This document shows, one piece after another, positions 12,263 through 24,163 of a stretch of DNA of 42,155 bases. Every line of letters starts with the position of its first letter. Within the stretch, counting starts at the first letter, position 1. A program made the position numbers and the translations under genes. Location of the stretch: assembly GCA_043228905.1 (NCBI GenBank), contig JBHGNT010000270.1, forward strand, positions 1 through 42,155, read 5' to 3'. The DNA is from Azolla caroliniana. Lineage: Eukaryota; Plantae; Polypodiophyta. The notes beneath the pieces were generated by a model. That model was not told the origin of the DNA. It saw nothing but the letters and a program-made list of their open reading frames with translations, and made no database searches.

Positions 12263-12456
12263 CGAGACAGAGATGATGAATTGTATATTACATAAACGAA
12301 ACGAAATACATCCAACAGTAACCAAGTTACAAAGAGTTGGTTTAAATACCAACTGAGCTAGGGCAAGTGTCCTTTCTACTATTTACAAAACTAGTCTGGT
12401 ATGTCCATAAGCTAGTGTGAAACCTATCTATGGGAAGTTGAGTTCGATTCTCAACA
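12139..12456 (-). repeat. 3' LTR of Copia-1 (contains TG and long AG microsatellites)
   Basis: TGTAAAGAAATGGAGTCGG...GATTCTCAACA matches 16899-17180. Adjacent TGCCCCTTC reads as a short polypurine tract on the minus strand. Confidence 0.95.
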
Positions 12457-12608
12457 TGCCCCTTCGAACACAACTTCCATCTGTCGAAAAGTTGTTTCGG
12501 TCTTCAGAGTACTTAGATTCAATGACAATAAATCAAATTCTGGCTTTACGACTTTACGCTCCTTGCACTCTTCGTTGCGTAGCGTACTTGATGCGCGTGT
12601 TGCGTACT

Positions 12609-14110
12609 CTATATGTGCTGCCTACCCCCCCTCAAGCTCGACAATGTAGATGTTATGAGACCAAGGTCTGATGTGAATTGCCCGAGCTTGTCGACGCTTA
12701 GGGCCTTTGTAAAGATATTAGTGACTTGGAGGTGCGTGCTGATATGTTGGAGATCGATTTCACCAGCCTGTACGCGCTTGCGGATGAAGTGGTAGTGCAC
12801 TTTGATGTGCTTAGTCCGCGCGTGGAAGACGAGGTTACGCGCCAGGTAGATACTGCTCATGTTGTCGTAGTGTAGGCGTATTGGATCTTTGATGGGTATG
12901 TCTAGGTCCTTTAGTACGCACTTGAGCCATATGGCTTCGCATGCGGCGACTGCTGTGCCCCTATATTCTGCTTCCGTGCTCGACAGTGCGACTGTCGGCT
13001 GTTTCTTGCTGCTCTAGGAGATCACACCGTTGTCGAGGGAGAAGACGAATCCGCATGTGGATTGTCTATCCGCTTTGAATTCTGCCCAATCCGTGTTTGT
13101 GCACCCTTCGAGTTGAATAATCGTGTTCGACTTATACAAGATGTCGTAATCCATCGTTGTACTGACATACCGTAATATCCTCTTAGCGCAATCAAGATGA
13201 AGATTCTGTAGATTTTGCATAAACTGGCTAAGTAGGCCGACCGAATAACTGAGGTCGGGTCGCGTGATGGTCAAATAGATTAAACTACTGATAAATTGTC
13301 AATACTGAGTCGTCTCGCTTTCGGCTGTGCCGGAATTGGCATCGATCTTGAGATTATGATCAAGAGGGGTTGACACAGGTTTGCATTTAGTCATTCCGAA
13401 CTTGTAGAGTAAGTTGAGAATGTAGTGTTGTTGAGAGATCATTATTCCGACTGGTGTCCATATTACTTCAATGCGTAGGAAGTAATGGAGCTCGTGTAGA
13501 TCTTTCATTTCGAATCTGCCGGAAAGAAGTGATTTGACCTTGTTGATCTCGGCGAGATCCTTTCCTTCGATGACCAAGTTATCCACATATAGGATGATGA
13601 CAATTGGGCTATCCGACTCGTTTTGGATGTACAACAGAGTATCAGATTTTGACATCCGAAATCCGACTTGATGAAGATACTGCGTGATCTTCGAATGCCA
13701 AGCACGCGGTGCTTGTTTGAGGCCGTAGAGTGGCTTCTTGAGTTGGCATACGGCATGCGGATATTTACGCGATTCAAATCTGGATGGTTGTATCATGTAC
13801 ACCTCTTCTTCTAACTCGCATTTTTCACGTCCATCTGGTGGAGGTGCCACCCTTTCGTTGCGACGAGTGCAATTACGGTCCGTACTGTGGTCATCTTTGC
13901 CAGCTGGGCAAAGGTTTCTTCATAGTCTACATCGTGTGTTTGTGCATATCCTTTCGCAACAAGCCGTGCTTTGAAGCGATTTACGGAGCCGTCGGCATTG
14001 TATTCACCTTATATATCCATCTGCATCCAATTGCCTTCTTGTAGGGTGAATGGGGAACGAGATCCCATGTCTTGTTTTTACAGGCTTGCATTTCTTCATT
14101 CATCGTGTCG
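12609..14110 (-). pseudogene. Copia-1 reverse transcriptase and RNase H (disrupted)
   Basis: LKKPLYGLKQAPRAWH, ILYVDNL (YVDD variant), TRPDLSYSVG, VFHARTKHIKVHYHFIR, spread over ORFs 13299-13850, 13014-13274 and 12609-12860. Confidence 0.93.
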
Positions 14111-14115
14111 ACCCA

Positions 14116-15825
14116 TCACGGATTCTTCACGGCTTTGGTAAGTGTTTCAGGCTCTCGTATTATCGCTACCTTCATCATAAATGTGTAGTGATACGCCATG
14201 TACTCGTCGTAGTCGTAGCGGCTTACGTGGTTCTTTTCACGGGTGGAACGACGTGGCTTTTCATTTGCGGATTCTAGAGCTTTCTTCACACCGTCTGTAT
14301 GGATGTCAAGGCCTTCGAACTCACTATCAAGATCGAAATGATCTTCATATTCCTGCATTTTCGCCTTGCCTTTGTCTAGCTTTGGACTCGGCCGAGATGT
14401 GCTTTGATCACTTGGGAGCTCTTGTGGTCCGCTCAGCCGTGTCGTAATTGGGCTTTCTTTGTGCATATGCGTGAGCCTATCTTCAGCTTCTATTTCTTCT
14501 TCTAGATAATCCGCGTCAAGCGGAGTCGAAGTTGGAGTGGTCTCTGGTGCGTACCAGGATGCAGACTCGTTGAAGACTACGTCTCTACTTATGCGAACTT
14601 TTCGGGTTGATGGATTGTAGCATTTGTACCCCTTTTGTTCGAGTGAGTATCCTACGAGGATACATTTCTCTGACTTCGGATCAAGCTTTTGTTGTGTGTC
14701 GTCAAGAATATGCACATAAGCGATTGAGCCGAAAATGCGGACATGTGACAAGTCCGACTTCTTTCCGAAGAACTTCTCATGCAAAGTTATGTCGTGTACT
14801 CCTGAGGTTGTGCACCTATTCATGAGGTATACGGCCGTATTCGCCGCTTCTGCCTAGTATGATTTTGTCAGGTTCTTCTCATTCATCATAGCCTGAGCGG
14901 CTTCTACTATGTGTCGGTTCTTACGCTCAGCTACATCGTTCTGCTGAGGTGTGTGACAGCATGAGAATTCTCGTTGCATTCCTTCCTTTCGGAGATACGC
15001 CGTAAACTCATCCGAAAAGTATTCTTTGCCTCCATTTGATAGAAGGCAGCGTACATGCCGACTCGTGGCTTTTTCTACTTCGGCTTTGAATTTTTGGAAG
15101 TGTCCGAACACTTCGCTCTTCTGTCTCATTGGATAAATCCACGTGTTTCTAGAGAAGTCGTCGATGAATGTGACATAGTACCAGCAACCTCCGAATGTTG
15201 TCGTCTGGGCTAGTCCCCACACATCTAAATGTACGACATCTAGGATTCCTTTGCTCACATTCCGCTTTCGAGAATGGATGACGGCTTTGTTTTCCGAATT
15301 GACACGCTTCGTATAAGCCTATAATCTCCTTTGCCGTAAAGTTCGGGAGTCCGATTACGACTCCTTTCGATTGCATGTTCTGTAACTTCTGGATATTGAT
15401 GTGGCCGATTCTCTTGTGCCACAGTTTTAAGTCGGTTTCGACTTTCAGGCCCTTTGCAAACATCGCCGTTTTTACCTCGCTTGATTCGAGGATGAATATG
15501 CGGCCTTCTCGATGGCCATGAGCTACGACTCGATTGCCTCTCTCGATAAAGCAGTCGGCACTGTTGAATCGTACTTGCATTCCTTGTTCGACAATCTGAC
15601 CCACTGAGATCAGGTTCTTCGTGATTTGTTGGGACATGCAAGACGTTCTTGAGATAGGTTTGATCCCCATCGTTTCCGAATGGAACATTCCCGATATGCC
15701 ATATTGAATGAGTCGTGTCATTGCTAGTTTCGACATAACCGGGTTGATTGGGTTTATGCAGTTCTCGGAACCAATCTTCATGAGACGTCATATGATTGGA
15801 CGCTCCTGAGTCAACAAACCATACG
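14116..15825 (-). pseudogene. Copia-1 protease and integrase (disrupted)
   Basis: WFVDSGASNHMT near 15790-15823, LWHKRIGH...CQFGKQ, VHLDVWG, FIDDFSR, TPQQNDVAERKNRH, KLDPKSEKCILVGY. Confidence 0.93.
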
Positions 15826-15919
15826 CTATTTGAGGTGGAGGCACCATTCTGCCATGGTCGTCGTAGTTGGAATTTGTTGCATAATTTGTAAGTTGTCGGC
15901 CTACCTCACGTTTCTTCTT

Positions 15920-16754
15920 TTGGCATTCCTCTTTGTGGTGGCCGGGTTTTCTGCAGTACCCGCACTCGACTAGATTTCGACGATTGCTTGGTCTGGCGTG
16001 ATGAATCCCCTTTCCGCCGAACTCTCTGGGACCGGATCTGTCCGCTTGCCATTGATGGGGGTTACGCTCTTGATTCTATTGATCATTACGAGCTTGTCCG
16101 AAATGACCTTTGTTTCCACGGCCAAAATTTCTTCTATCATTCGACTGAGAGTAGAGCATATGACCATCTGGTCATTACTCCTTTGTCGGGCGTGATTTTC
16201 TTCGACCAACAGTAGTATGAGAGAGGATTCTCCCTTGCAAGAATGGCCGATCTAATTGCACCGAAACGCGGTGCTAAGCCGCCGAGGCATATTTGCACCA
16301 TCTCGTCATCATCAATGATGACGTTGATCGATCCGAGGGTGTCACATAGCTCCTTGATCTTCAAGGTGTAGCTTGTGATTGACATATCCCTATGTTGTAG
16401 GTTGTTCAGCTCCTGTCGAAGTTGGAGCTTTCGTGCGGCCGTATTGGCTGTGAAAATCTTCTTGAGATTTTCCCACGCCTGCTTCGGCGTTTTTGCCTCC
16501 CTGATTGCCTCCCTGATATATCCCAACATATGATCATATACGCATGATGCCAAACAATACAACACATGACTTCTGGCCTGCTCCCACACGGGATGATCGA
16601 CGTGTGTTGGGTTGGGTTGCGTTTCGTGAAGTCCTTCAATGTAGCTCCAATAGCCTTGTTTGACAAGGTACTGATGCATCTTGTACTCCCAAGATGCAAA
16701 GTTCGTTCTGTCTAGCTTCTCAGTAGGAAGAGCGCTTCCCATTTGAGTGTTCAT
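15920..16754 (-). pseudogene. Copia-1 gag (disrupted)
   Basis: MNTQMGSALPTEKLDRTNFASWEYKMHQYL... and zinc knuckle CGYCRKPGHHKEEC near 15923-15965. Confidence 0.92.
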
Positions 16755-16886
16755 GTTGAACTTCTTCTTCTCTTCACTTGATGCGAACTGTGCAGATCGT
16801 TGCTACAGTGATAAGTCGGTCTTCTCTGTATGCGAGCTTGAACATAACACACGTAAATGTGATGGGCTTGGATCAAGCTACCACAC

Positions 16887-16898
16887 GCTCTGATACCA
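16887..16898 (-). promoter_or_regulatory. Primer binding site (tRNA-iMet) of Copia-1
   Basis: GCTCTGATACCA on plus = TGGTATCAGAGC on minus, directly abutting the 5' LTR. Confidence 0.95.
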
Positions 16899-16955
16899 TG
16901 TAAAGAAATGGAGTCGGTGGTGTAATGCAGCGGAAGATGAGTGTGTGTGTGTATC

Positions 16956-17000
<45 letters not shown>

Positions 17001-17180
17001 TGAACTGTATAATACATAAACCAAAAGAAATACATCCAACAATAACCAAGTTACAAAGAGTTGGTTTAAATACCTATTGAGCTAGGGCAAGTACCCTTTC
17101 TACTATTTACAAAATTAGCCTGGTATGTCCATAAGTTAGTGTGAAACCTATCTACGGGAAGTTGAGTTCGATTCTCAACA
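16899..17180 (-). repeat. 5' LTR of Copia-1
   Basis: Matches 12139-12456 with a shorter AG tract and is adjacent to the PBS. Confidence 0.95.
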
Positions 17181-17309
17181 ATGGTCTGTAGTAAAAGGCC
17201 CATGCAATTGTCATATAGAAGGCTGAAAGAAAACAAGCAATAAAGAGAGAAGAATTCTATTAACTTCTACTAGAGGCAATATACAAGTATATTAATGAGG
17301 AAGTCGATG

Positions 17310-17880
17310 CTTGTTGTGGTATGATGTGTGATCTTGCGTGCGATATATAATACATGATGGCCACGATGATGACGACACTATTTATTGATGCCTACATGAT
17401 TTATGATGTACAAGCATGATATGGGTAATGAGTGCAATCAGTCATGATGGTGATGATGGTATGAGGTGTGATCCAACATGTTATATGATGTATAAGCATG
17501 ATATGTGCAATACATGTAGTTAACAATAATGATGATGTTATGGCCTATGAGCCATATGATGTACTTGTAATTGATGGTAATGATGGTGATATGTGTAATG
17601 CATACATGGTATGCAATGCACATGAAGTCTATGAAGATGGTGGTATGAGGCTCAATTTCTACATGCTATATGATAACATGGGGGTTAATGATGATGATGA
17701 TGGCCCCCATGTTATATGATGTATAACAAAAAATATGGGTAATACATCTAGGTACTGATAACGGACGGCTTACAACGTGCTATATAATGTACACCAATAA
17801 TATGGATAATACATGAACTCAACGATGATGATATGTGTGATGTCGACATGGTATTTGATGTACATGCATGATATGTGTAA
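17310..17880. repeat. Degenerate minisatellite-like region (ATG/GAT-rich)
   Basis: Recurrent CATG.TATATGATGTA...ATGATATG(G/T)GTAAT motif interspersed with GAT runs; rough 70-85 bp periodicity by eye. Confidence 0.6.
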
Positions 17881-18899
17881 CCATAGATTGACATATTCGC
17901 ATTCGTTGAGTTTTCCATTTGAATTCAAACAAATACAAATAAGAATGGGTGGTCAAGTATTCGTTTAGCAAAAAAAAAAAAAAAAGTACATGAATTCTCT
18001 CTTTTTATTTTCTTAGGATACTAAAAAAGGAACTTCCCAATAAATAGGGATAATAAAAGAGGGACTTGACACTACTAATTTTTATAATGAATGTATATCT
18101 TATAAGCATTCGTTTTTTTAATAAATAAATAAAATAAAATAAAAGTTCATTGATTTCTCACTTTTTATTCCCTCAAAAATTATGGATATTTTTATCTTGA
18201 CATTAAAAATAGGACTTCAAAGTTCACATACATAATCATATCTTTATAATTAATATAAAAATATACGTTTTTTTAAATTTAATTAATTAAAATAAGCTTC
18301 ATAAAATCTCATGACACTGAATAATTGTTCCTTTTTTGGTGAAATAAATTTATTTAAATTAAAAAACGAATTAATTAATTTTTTTATATTTATTTTGTAA
18401 AACGAATGGGTTTATAATATTCTTTGAGCCATTTTGTATTCTCGAATATTAAGAATATCACGCATGGAGAATATCATGAATATCACGCATGTGTCAATCT
18501 ATGTGTGTAACTATATGGCAAACTCCATCCAAAACTCATATTACAAGGCTTTTGAAGACAGGATGGGCAAACATGTTAAAGAGGATTCATTAATAAGGAT
18601 AAATGGTGCAAATTTATCTTGATTTTACAATTAGGAAAGAAGAATCATATGAGATATTTGCTCAAGCTAAGAAGATGGATATTTCTAAAAGTATGTTGAG
18701 CCAATGTCAAGGGGATTTGTAAAGAGAAATTATTCAGAGGCATTTACTTTCATGTAATTGCATAAGGTTTGTGCTACAAAGATGGGTATTTGTAAATATA
18801 AAATATGTTGAGGGGAGTAATTAGAAAAAAATGATACAGAAATATTTGTTGAAGCTAAAAAGACAGATCTTTGTAAAGGCATGGTACCACGTCAAGGGA

Positions 18900-20658
18900 A
18901 TTAATAAAGAGAAACTATGTTGAGACATTTACTTTCATATCACTACTCAAGGGTTGTACTTATAAGAAGGATATTTGTGGAGGTATTAGGTTGCATCCTG
19001 AAATTTTGAAGAAGACTGGTTTACTTGAAAGGAGCCCCTTTTTAGCATCCAGTTTAATCAATATGTATGGCAAATGTGGTGCACTTGTAAAAGCACAAGT
19101 TCTGGATGACCTTCCTTTTGGAAATGTATACTCATTTAATGCATGAATTGCAGGGTATGTGCACCATGGACATGTTCATGAAGCATTCAATTGTTTCCAG
19201 AGGATGCAAACTGAGGGCCTCTCTTTGGATGAAATCCCTTTCATTTCCATCTTGAAGGCTTGCCGTAAAGCATGGATTTTAAATAAGGGCAAGCAAATTC
19301 ATGGTGGGATTGTTCTTAGTGGGTTGTTGGATAAGGATATTGTGCTCGACATTGCATTAATAGATATGTATGCCAGATGTGGTGAGTTTGCAAAAGCTAA
19401 ACAAGTGCTTGAAGGACTTCCCCATTCAAGATGTAGTTTCGTGGTCTACACTCATTGGAGGGTATGTCCGAAAGGGGAAAGCTCATGAAGCATTGTGATG
19501 TTTTGAAAAAATGCAATGTGAGAGCCTATCCCTAGATGTGGTCACCTTTGTTTGTCTCTTGAAGGCTTGTGGAACTATAGGAGACGTAGAGATGGGAAAT
19601 AAAGTTCATAATGAGATTAATAATATGGGCTTATTAGAGCAAAATATTGTGCTTGGAAACTCTTTGGTGGATATGTATGTGTCATGTGAGATGTGGTGTA
19701 CTTGCTAAAGCAGAAGAGATTCTCAAAGAACTTCTGATTCATGATGTTGTATCTTGGAATGCACTTATTTTTGGATATTCTCATCAGAAACAATTCCAAC
19801 AAGCATTCAACTGTTTTGAAAAAATGCAAAGTGAGGGCTTGGTTCCAAATGTGGTCACCTTCATTTCTCTCTTGAAGTCCTGTGGCATAATAGGAGCTAT
19901 GCGAGAGGGGAAAAAACTTGACGAGGAGATTGTGAATAGAGGCTTATTGGAAAAGAATAGTGTGCTTGGTAATGCTTTGATGGATATGTACATGAAGTGT
20001 GTTATGTGTGTACAAGCGCAAGAAGTATTTGAAGGATTGTCAGTTTGCAATGTGATCTCATAGAATGTATTGATAATAGGTTATACCCAACAGGGGAAAG
20101 TTCATGAAGGACTAAACTATTTTGAATGAATGCAAATTGAGGGCCTCTCTCCTGATATTGTTACATTCATTTGCATCTCAAAGGCTTGTGGCATAACAAG
20201 AGATATTGAAATGGGAAAAAGAATTGATGAAATATTTGTCAATAGGTCCCTTTTTAAAAAGGATATAGGGGTGGGAAATACTTTGATTGATATGTATGCG
20301 AAATGTAACGCACTTATAGAAACCTCCTAGAAATGTCATATCTTGCTCTTCCTTGATTGCAGGATATACCCAACATGGACGAGGTCATAAAGCGCTAAAT
20401 TGTTTTGAACAAATGCAAAATGAAGGACTGTTTCCAGACATAATCACTTTTCTCTGCATATTGAAGTCCTGTGGAAGCATAGGAGAGAGAGACAAGGGAA
20501 AACATATTCATAATACTATCATTTGTAGTGGTTTGTTAGAGAAGGACAATACACTTGGCAACACTTTAGTAGATATGTATGGTAAGTGTGGAATGCTCGA
20601 AAAAGCACAACTAGTTCTTGAAGGGATTCCTTTTCGAAATATAGTTTCTTAGAATGCA
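18900..20658 (+). pseudogene. PLS-class pentatricopeptide repeat (PPR) pseudogene, 3'-truncated
   Basis: Repeated P-L-S motifs such as SLINMYGKCG, ALIDMYARCG, DVVSWNALIFGY, AFNCFEKMQSEGLVPNVVTFISLLKSCG and GNTLVDMYGKCG. Multiple stops and frameshifts; no E/DYW tail present. Confidence 0.93.
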
Positions 20659-20659
20659 C

Positions 20660-20867
20660 AAAGTGTCATCTCATTCAACATCGTAAGTAGTCTAGAGCAC
20701 TCCCTAGTTCTTGGTCTTCCTTGGTTTGAGCTACATAACCCAACTATTAATTGGAGAAAAAGAACTATTGAAAAGCTCACAATATAGTCCAAGTCTCTTA
20801 AAACTCCAACAAAGGATTTGGGATCCCACACGATTTCAACAATCTCTATACATCAATTACATGAGGA
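20660..20867 (+). pseudogene. Old Gypsy pol remnant, part 1 (aspartic protease C-terminus)
   Basis: Translates SFNIVSSLEHSLVLGLPWFELHNPTINWRKRTI, matching the ILGxPWLxxHNPxIDW motif. Continues at 33320 once Copia-2 is removed. Confidence 0.75.
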
Positions 20868-21168
20868 TGTTAGGAAATAGGTCCCTCCGGATGGGAAGTG
20901 AGAAGAACAGTGTTGACGAGTACTCGACAACGGAAGACCCGGTGAGAACCGGATGACGAGTACCCGGCAAGGAAAACCCGGTGAGAATCGGATGTTGCAG
21001 GCCTGGTGAGAACCTCTCATCGGATGGAAGGGACATATATGTAAATATGTTCCAGAGAGCCCACTGGGGCTTTATTTGTAAATATCCCAAAAGTCATATT
21101 AGTATAAATATGACCTAGGGAAAACTTAATAACGTGTGAGAGTTGTTGGTGTAACCTCTGTACAGTGC

Positions 21169-21208
<40 letters not shown>

Positions 21209-21492
21209 CATATACAAAGATTGTGTCTCTGTTGTAACCGCCGCGAGGCGAAGATTGTGAGCAAGAGGTCGTTGCCTCTGTGCTCCCTATTGTATTACTT
21301 TACATAGTGATAGTTTGGAGTCTGTGGATTCCCGTGGTTTTTTCCATATCAGGGTTTTCCACGTTAATATCCTGTGTATTCTCTTTTGTTTGTTCGTGCA
21401 CTTACCTCCATTCCCATTTCTTCTGTGTTTGATTGTATCAAGTGATTTACCCTTCGGTTGTTGCCGGAGATTATTCCACGTATTACATGTCA
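20868..21492 (+). repeat. 5' LTR of Copia-2 (625 bp; 2 copies of a 40-bp unit; AG microsatellite)
   Basis: Matches 32532-33314 apart from repeat copy number. Confidence 0.96.
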
Positions 21493-21495
21493 AAG

Positions 21496-21507
21496 TGGTA
21501 TCAGAGC
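21496..21507 (+). promoter_or_regulatory. Primer binding site (tRNA-iMet) of Copia-2
   Basis: TGGTATCAGAGC, 3 nt after the LTR end. Confidence 0.95.
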
Positions 21508-21523
21508 GAAACGACACAGAAAA

Positions 21524-23362
21524 ATGGACGATTCGTTGGGAGGTATGTTCAAGCTCACCGGCTCCAACTATTCAGTGTGGAAGTCGAAGATGAGGGACAT
21601 GCTCGTGGTTAAAGATCTTTGGTTGCCGGTTCAGTTCGGGGACAAGAGACCAGACAAAATTGATGCCACGATATGGGAGGTGATGCACATGAAGACAACG
21701 ACGTATATACGGTGCTTCATCGACATGAGTCTATACAAAAACTTCAATGAAGAGAGCAAGGATCATGAGCTCTGGGAGAAGATCGGCATTATGTTTCAGA
21801 ACAAAAATGTTGTTAATCAAGTTTTGGTATTTCGGAAGCTAGTAAGACTCCGGTACCAAGATGGCTCCAACATGGCGGAGCACATGAATGCTTTCCAAGG
21901 GCTGATCCACCAGGCAACATCATTGGAAGTACCTCTCGCCGATGAGGTACTAGCACTACTCCTGCTCGGTTCCCTGCCAGATAGCTGGGAGACGTTAGTT
22001 GTCACTTTGGGCAACGCTGGGTCGGAAGGGAAACGTTTATCCTTGGCAAGAGTGAAGTCGAGCTTGCTAGATGAGGAGGCGCGTCAGAAAGACAAGGATA
22101 CAAACTCCGACTCCAAAGCGCTCATTACCGAATCAGAACGCGGAAGACAAAGGAACCGTAGTCCCCAGAACCGGGAGAAGTCAGGGACACGGTCAAAGTC
22201 AAGGGGGAGGCCTACCTGCTTCTATTGCGGCAAGTCGGGACACTTCCAGAAGAACTGTCGGCACTTCCGAAAAGACAAGGAAACCGATGATACCGATTCG
22301 AAGAGGACACCCGATTGGAACGGTAAAGACCGGAGGGGAACGAACCGGAAGGGAATGACGACAATCGCGGCAAGTGAAGAAGAGCTGATGCTCATCACCG
22401 AGGAGAGTGAGCTAAACCTTGCCGGCGACGAGAGGACCTAGGTGGTCGACTCCGGAGCGTTGTTCCACCTTACCCCGGACCGGAAATGCTTCTCATCCTA
22501 CTCAGCCGGTGATCACGACTGTGTCCTGATGGGGAATGAAGGTACATGCCGAATTGTCGGCATAGGAGACGTGTGGTTGACAACACCAATCGGATGCAAG
22601 CTGCTACTGAAGGATGTCCGACACGTTCCGGAGGTTCGTCTGAACCTGATATCAGCCGGTCGGCTAGATGATGAAGGCTACACAACGGTGTTATGAATTT
22701 CAGCAAAGGGAGCCTGATTGTGGCTCGGGCTCGGAAGGTCAACACGTTGTACCTGATGAATGCACGATTATGCCCGGAAGAAGTGAACGTGGCATCCGAC
22801 ACTGCCGGTGAGCTGTGGCACAAGAGGTTGTGTCACATGAGCGAGAACGGGATGAAGAGGCTTGCAGACGACAAGGTCATTCCAGTGAAGAACGTGCACT
22901 TGGAGAAGTGCATTGATTGTCTGGCCGGTAAACAAAACCGAACCTCCTTCCGATCGAGGCCACCGATGAGACGTAACGCACCATTGGAGTTGGTGCATAT
23001 TGATGTATGTCAAGTGGACACGAAGTCACATGCCGGATCGCAGTACTTCATGACGTTCATAGATGACCACAACCGGAAGCTGTGGGCCACACCGTTGAAG
23101 ACGAAGGATCAGGTGCTATCCGTCTTCAAAGAGCTCCACACGAGAGTGGAAAGAGAAACCGACCAGAAGCTAAAGGCGGTTTGAGCAGATAACGGAGGTG
23201 AATACCGAGGGCAGTTCGAGGAGTATTGTCGCTCGAAGGGAATCCGTCTCGAATTTACCGTGCCGAAGACGTCGGAACTAAACGGGCTGGCCGAGAGGAT
23301 GAACTAGACCATAATGAAGAGGGTCTGGAGTATGCTGGCGCATGCAAAATTACCCAAGACGT
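21524..23362 (+). pseudogene. Copia-2 gag, protease and N-terminal integrase (disrupted)
   Basis: KLTGSNYSVWKSKMRDML, CFYCGKSGHFQKNC, T*VVDSGA (TGG>TAG), LWHKRLCH..CIDCLAGKQ, V*ADNGGEY, NGLAERMN. Ends at LPKT at the Gypsy insertion. Confidence 0.94.
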
Positions 23363-24012
23363 TGTTGTGAAGAAAACCGTTCCTTAACGCAATTGGTGCA
23401 TAGCGCGCGTGAACCGGCTCTTCACGCATGCGCGCCATTTAATGTATATAATAGGGAATTAGGTACATAGGTATATCTGGGTAGTTAGATTCGGTAGGTA
23501 GGAAGTAAATGAGGGAGACGGCTCCCTTCTTGAAGCTATAAAAGAAAGGGAGACGTGGGGAGGAGGGGATCGCGCATTGAGGAGGACGAAGTGCTGTCGG
23601 ACCGTAACCGAACGCTTCTCCTCTGTTTGTTCTCCATCGCTCTTCTCTGCAGGTTTTTGGGAGGCTCGCGCTGCTTCGAGGAACGCCCGTGTGCTTCCGG
23701 TAGCACCTCCATCCTTTTCCCCTTTCGTGCGCAGACAAACAGGCATCGACATCTGTTCGCCGGCCTGTTCGGTTGTAACCGCTCGTGTGCTCTGTTGTGT
23801 ATTTGTTATTCGTTAATATACAAACTTTCGTGTCTCTCTGTCTCTGTGTCCATTCGTGTTTTCTGCGTTGACGGGCCGTGTCCCTGTGTTTCTTTGCTCA
23901 TACGTAACCGGTCGTCTCTCTCTTTCTCTTTCCCCTCCTATCACTTGCTCTTCAGTTCAAGACCCCGGTGGTCCCGCCTCGTTTCTCCACGCACGCGCGT
24001 AGTAACGCAACA
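23363..24012 (+). repeat. 5' LTR of nested Gypsy
   Basis: TGTTGTGAAGAAAACC...GTAACGCAACA; colinear with 29712-30361; contains CTATAAAAG. Confidence 0.96.
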
Positions 24013-24016
24013 TATT

Positions 24017-24034
24017 TGGTGAACCCGACGTGAA
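24017..24034 (+). promoter_or_regulatory. Primer binding site complementary to tRNA-Trp 3' end
   Basis: TGGTGAACCCGACGTGAA is the reverse complement of ...TTCACGTCGGGTTCACCA, the 3' end of plant cytosolic tRNA-Trp as I recall it. Confidence 0.85.
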
Positions 24035-24163
24035 ACAGGCGGCAGAGGAGCAGAAGATGAGGGGGTCGGATCTTGCGGAGGCCATGGCTTCGGCCGTGGA
24101 CCGGATAGTGAGCGCGCGCGAGGGCATCGGCGCCTTGACAGGGCTATTGAGGCGATCGTCGGT

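Larger units (their letters stand above)
12139..17180 (-). mobile_element. Full-length degenerate Ty1/Copia LTR retrotransposon (Copia-1)
   Basis: Paired LTRs with TG...CA ends. 5-bp TSD ATGGT (12134-12138; 17181-17185). tRNA-iMet PBS. gag-PR-INT-RT-RH order on the minus strand with many stops and frameshifts. Confidence 0.97.

Noticed and set aside
18900-20658. Functional PPR gene rescued by introns or RNA editing
   Set aside because: Multiple frameshifts and stops fall within motifs without splice signals, and the 3' end is replaced by TE sequence.
24017-24034. tRNA gene
   Set aside because: Only 18 nt antisense to a tRNA 3' end including CCA; this is a primer binding site.
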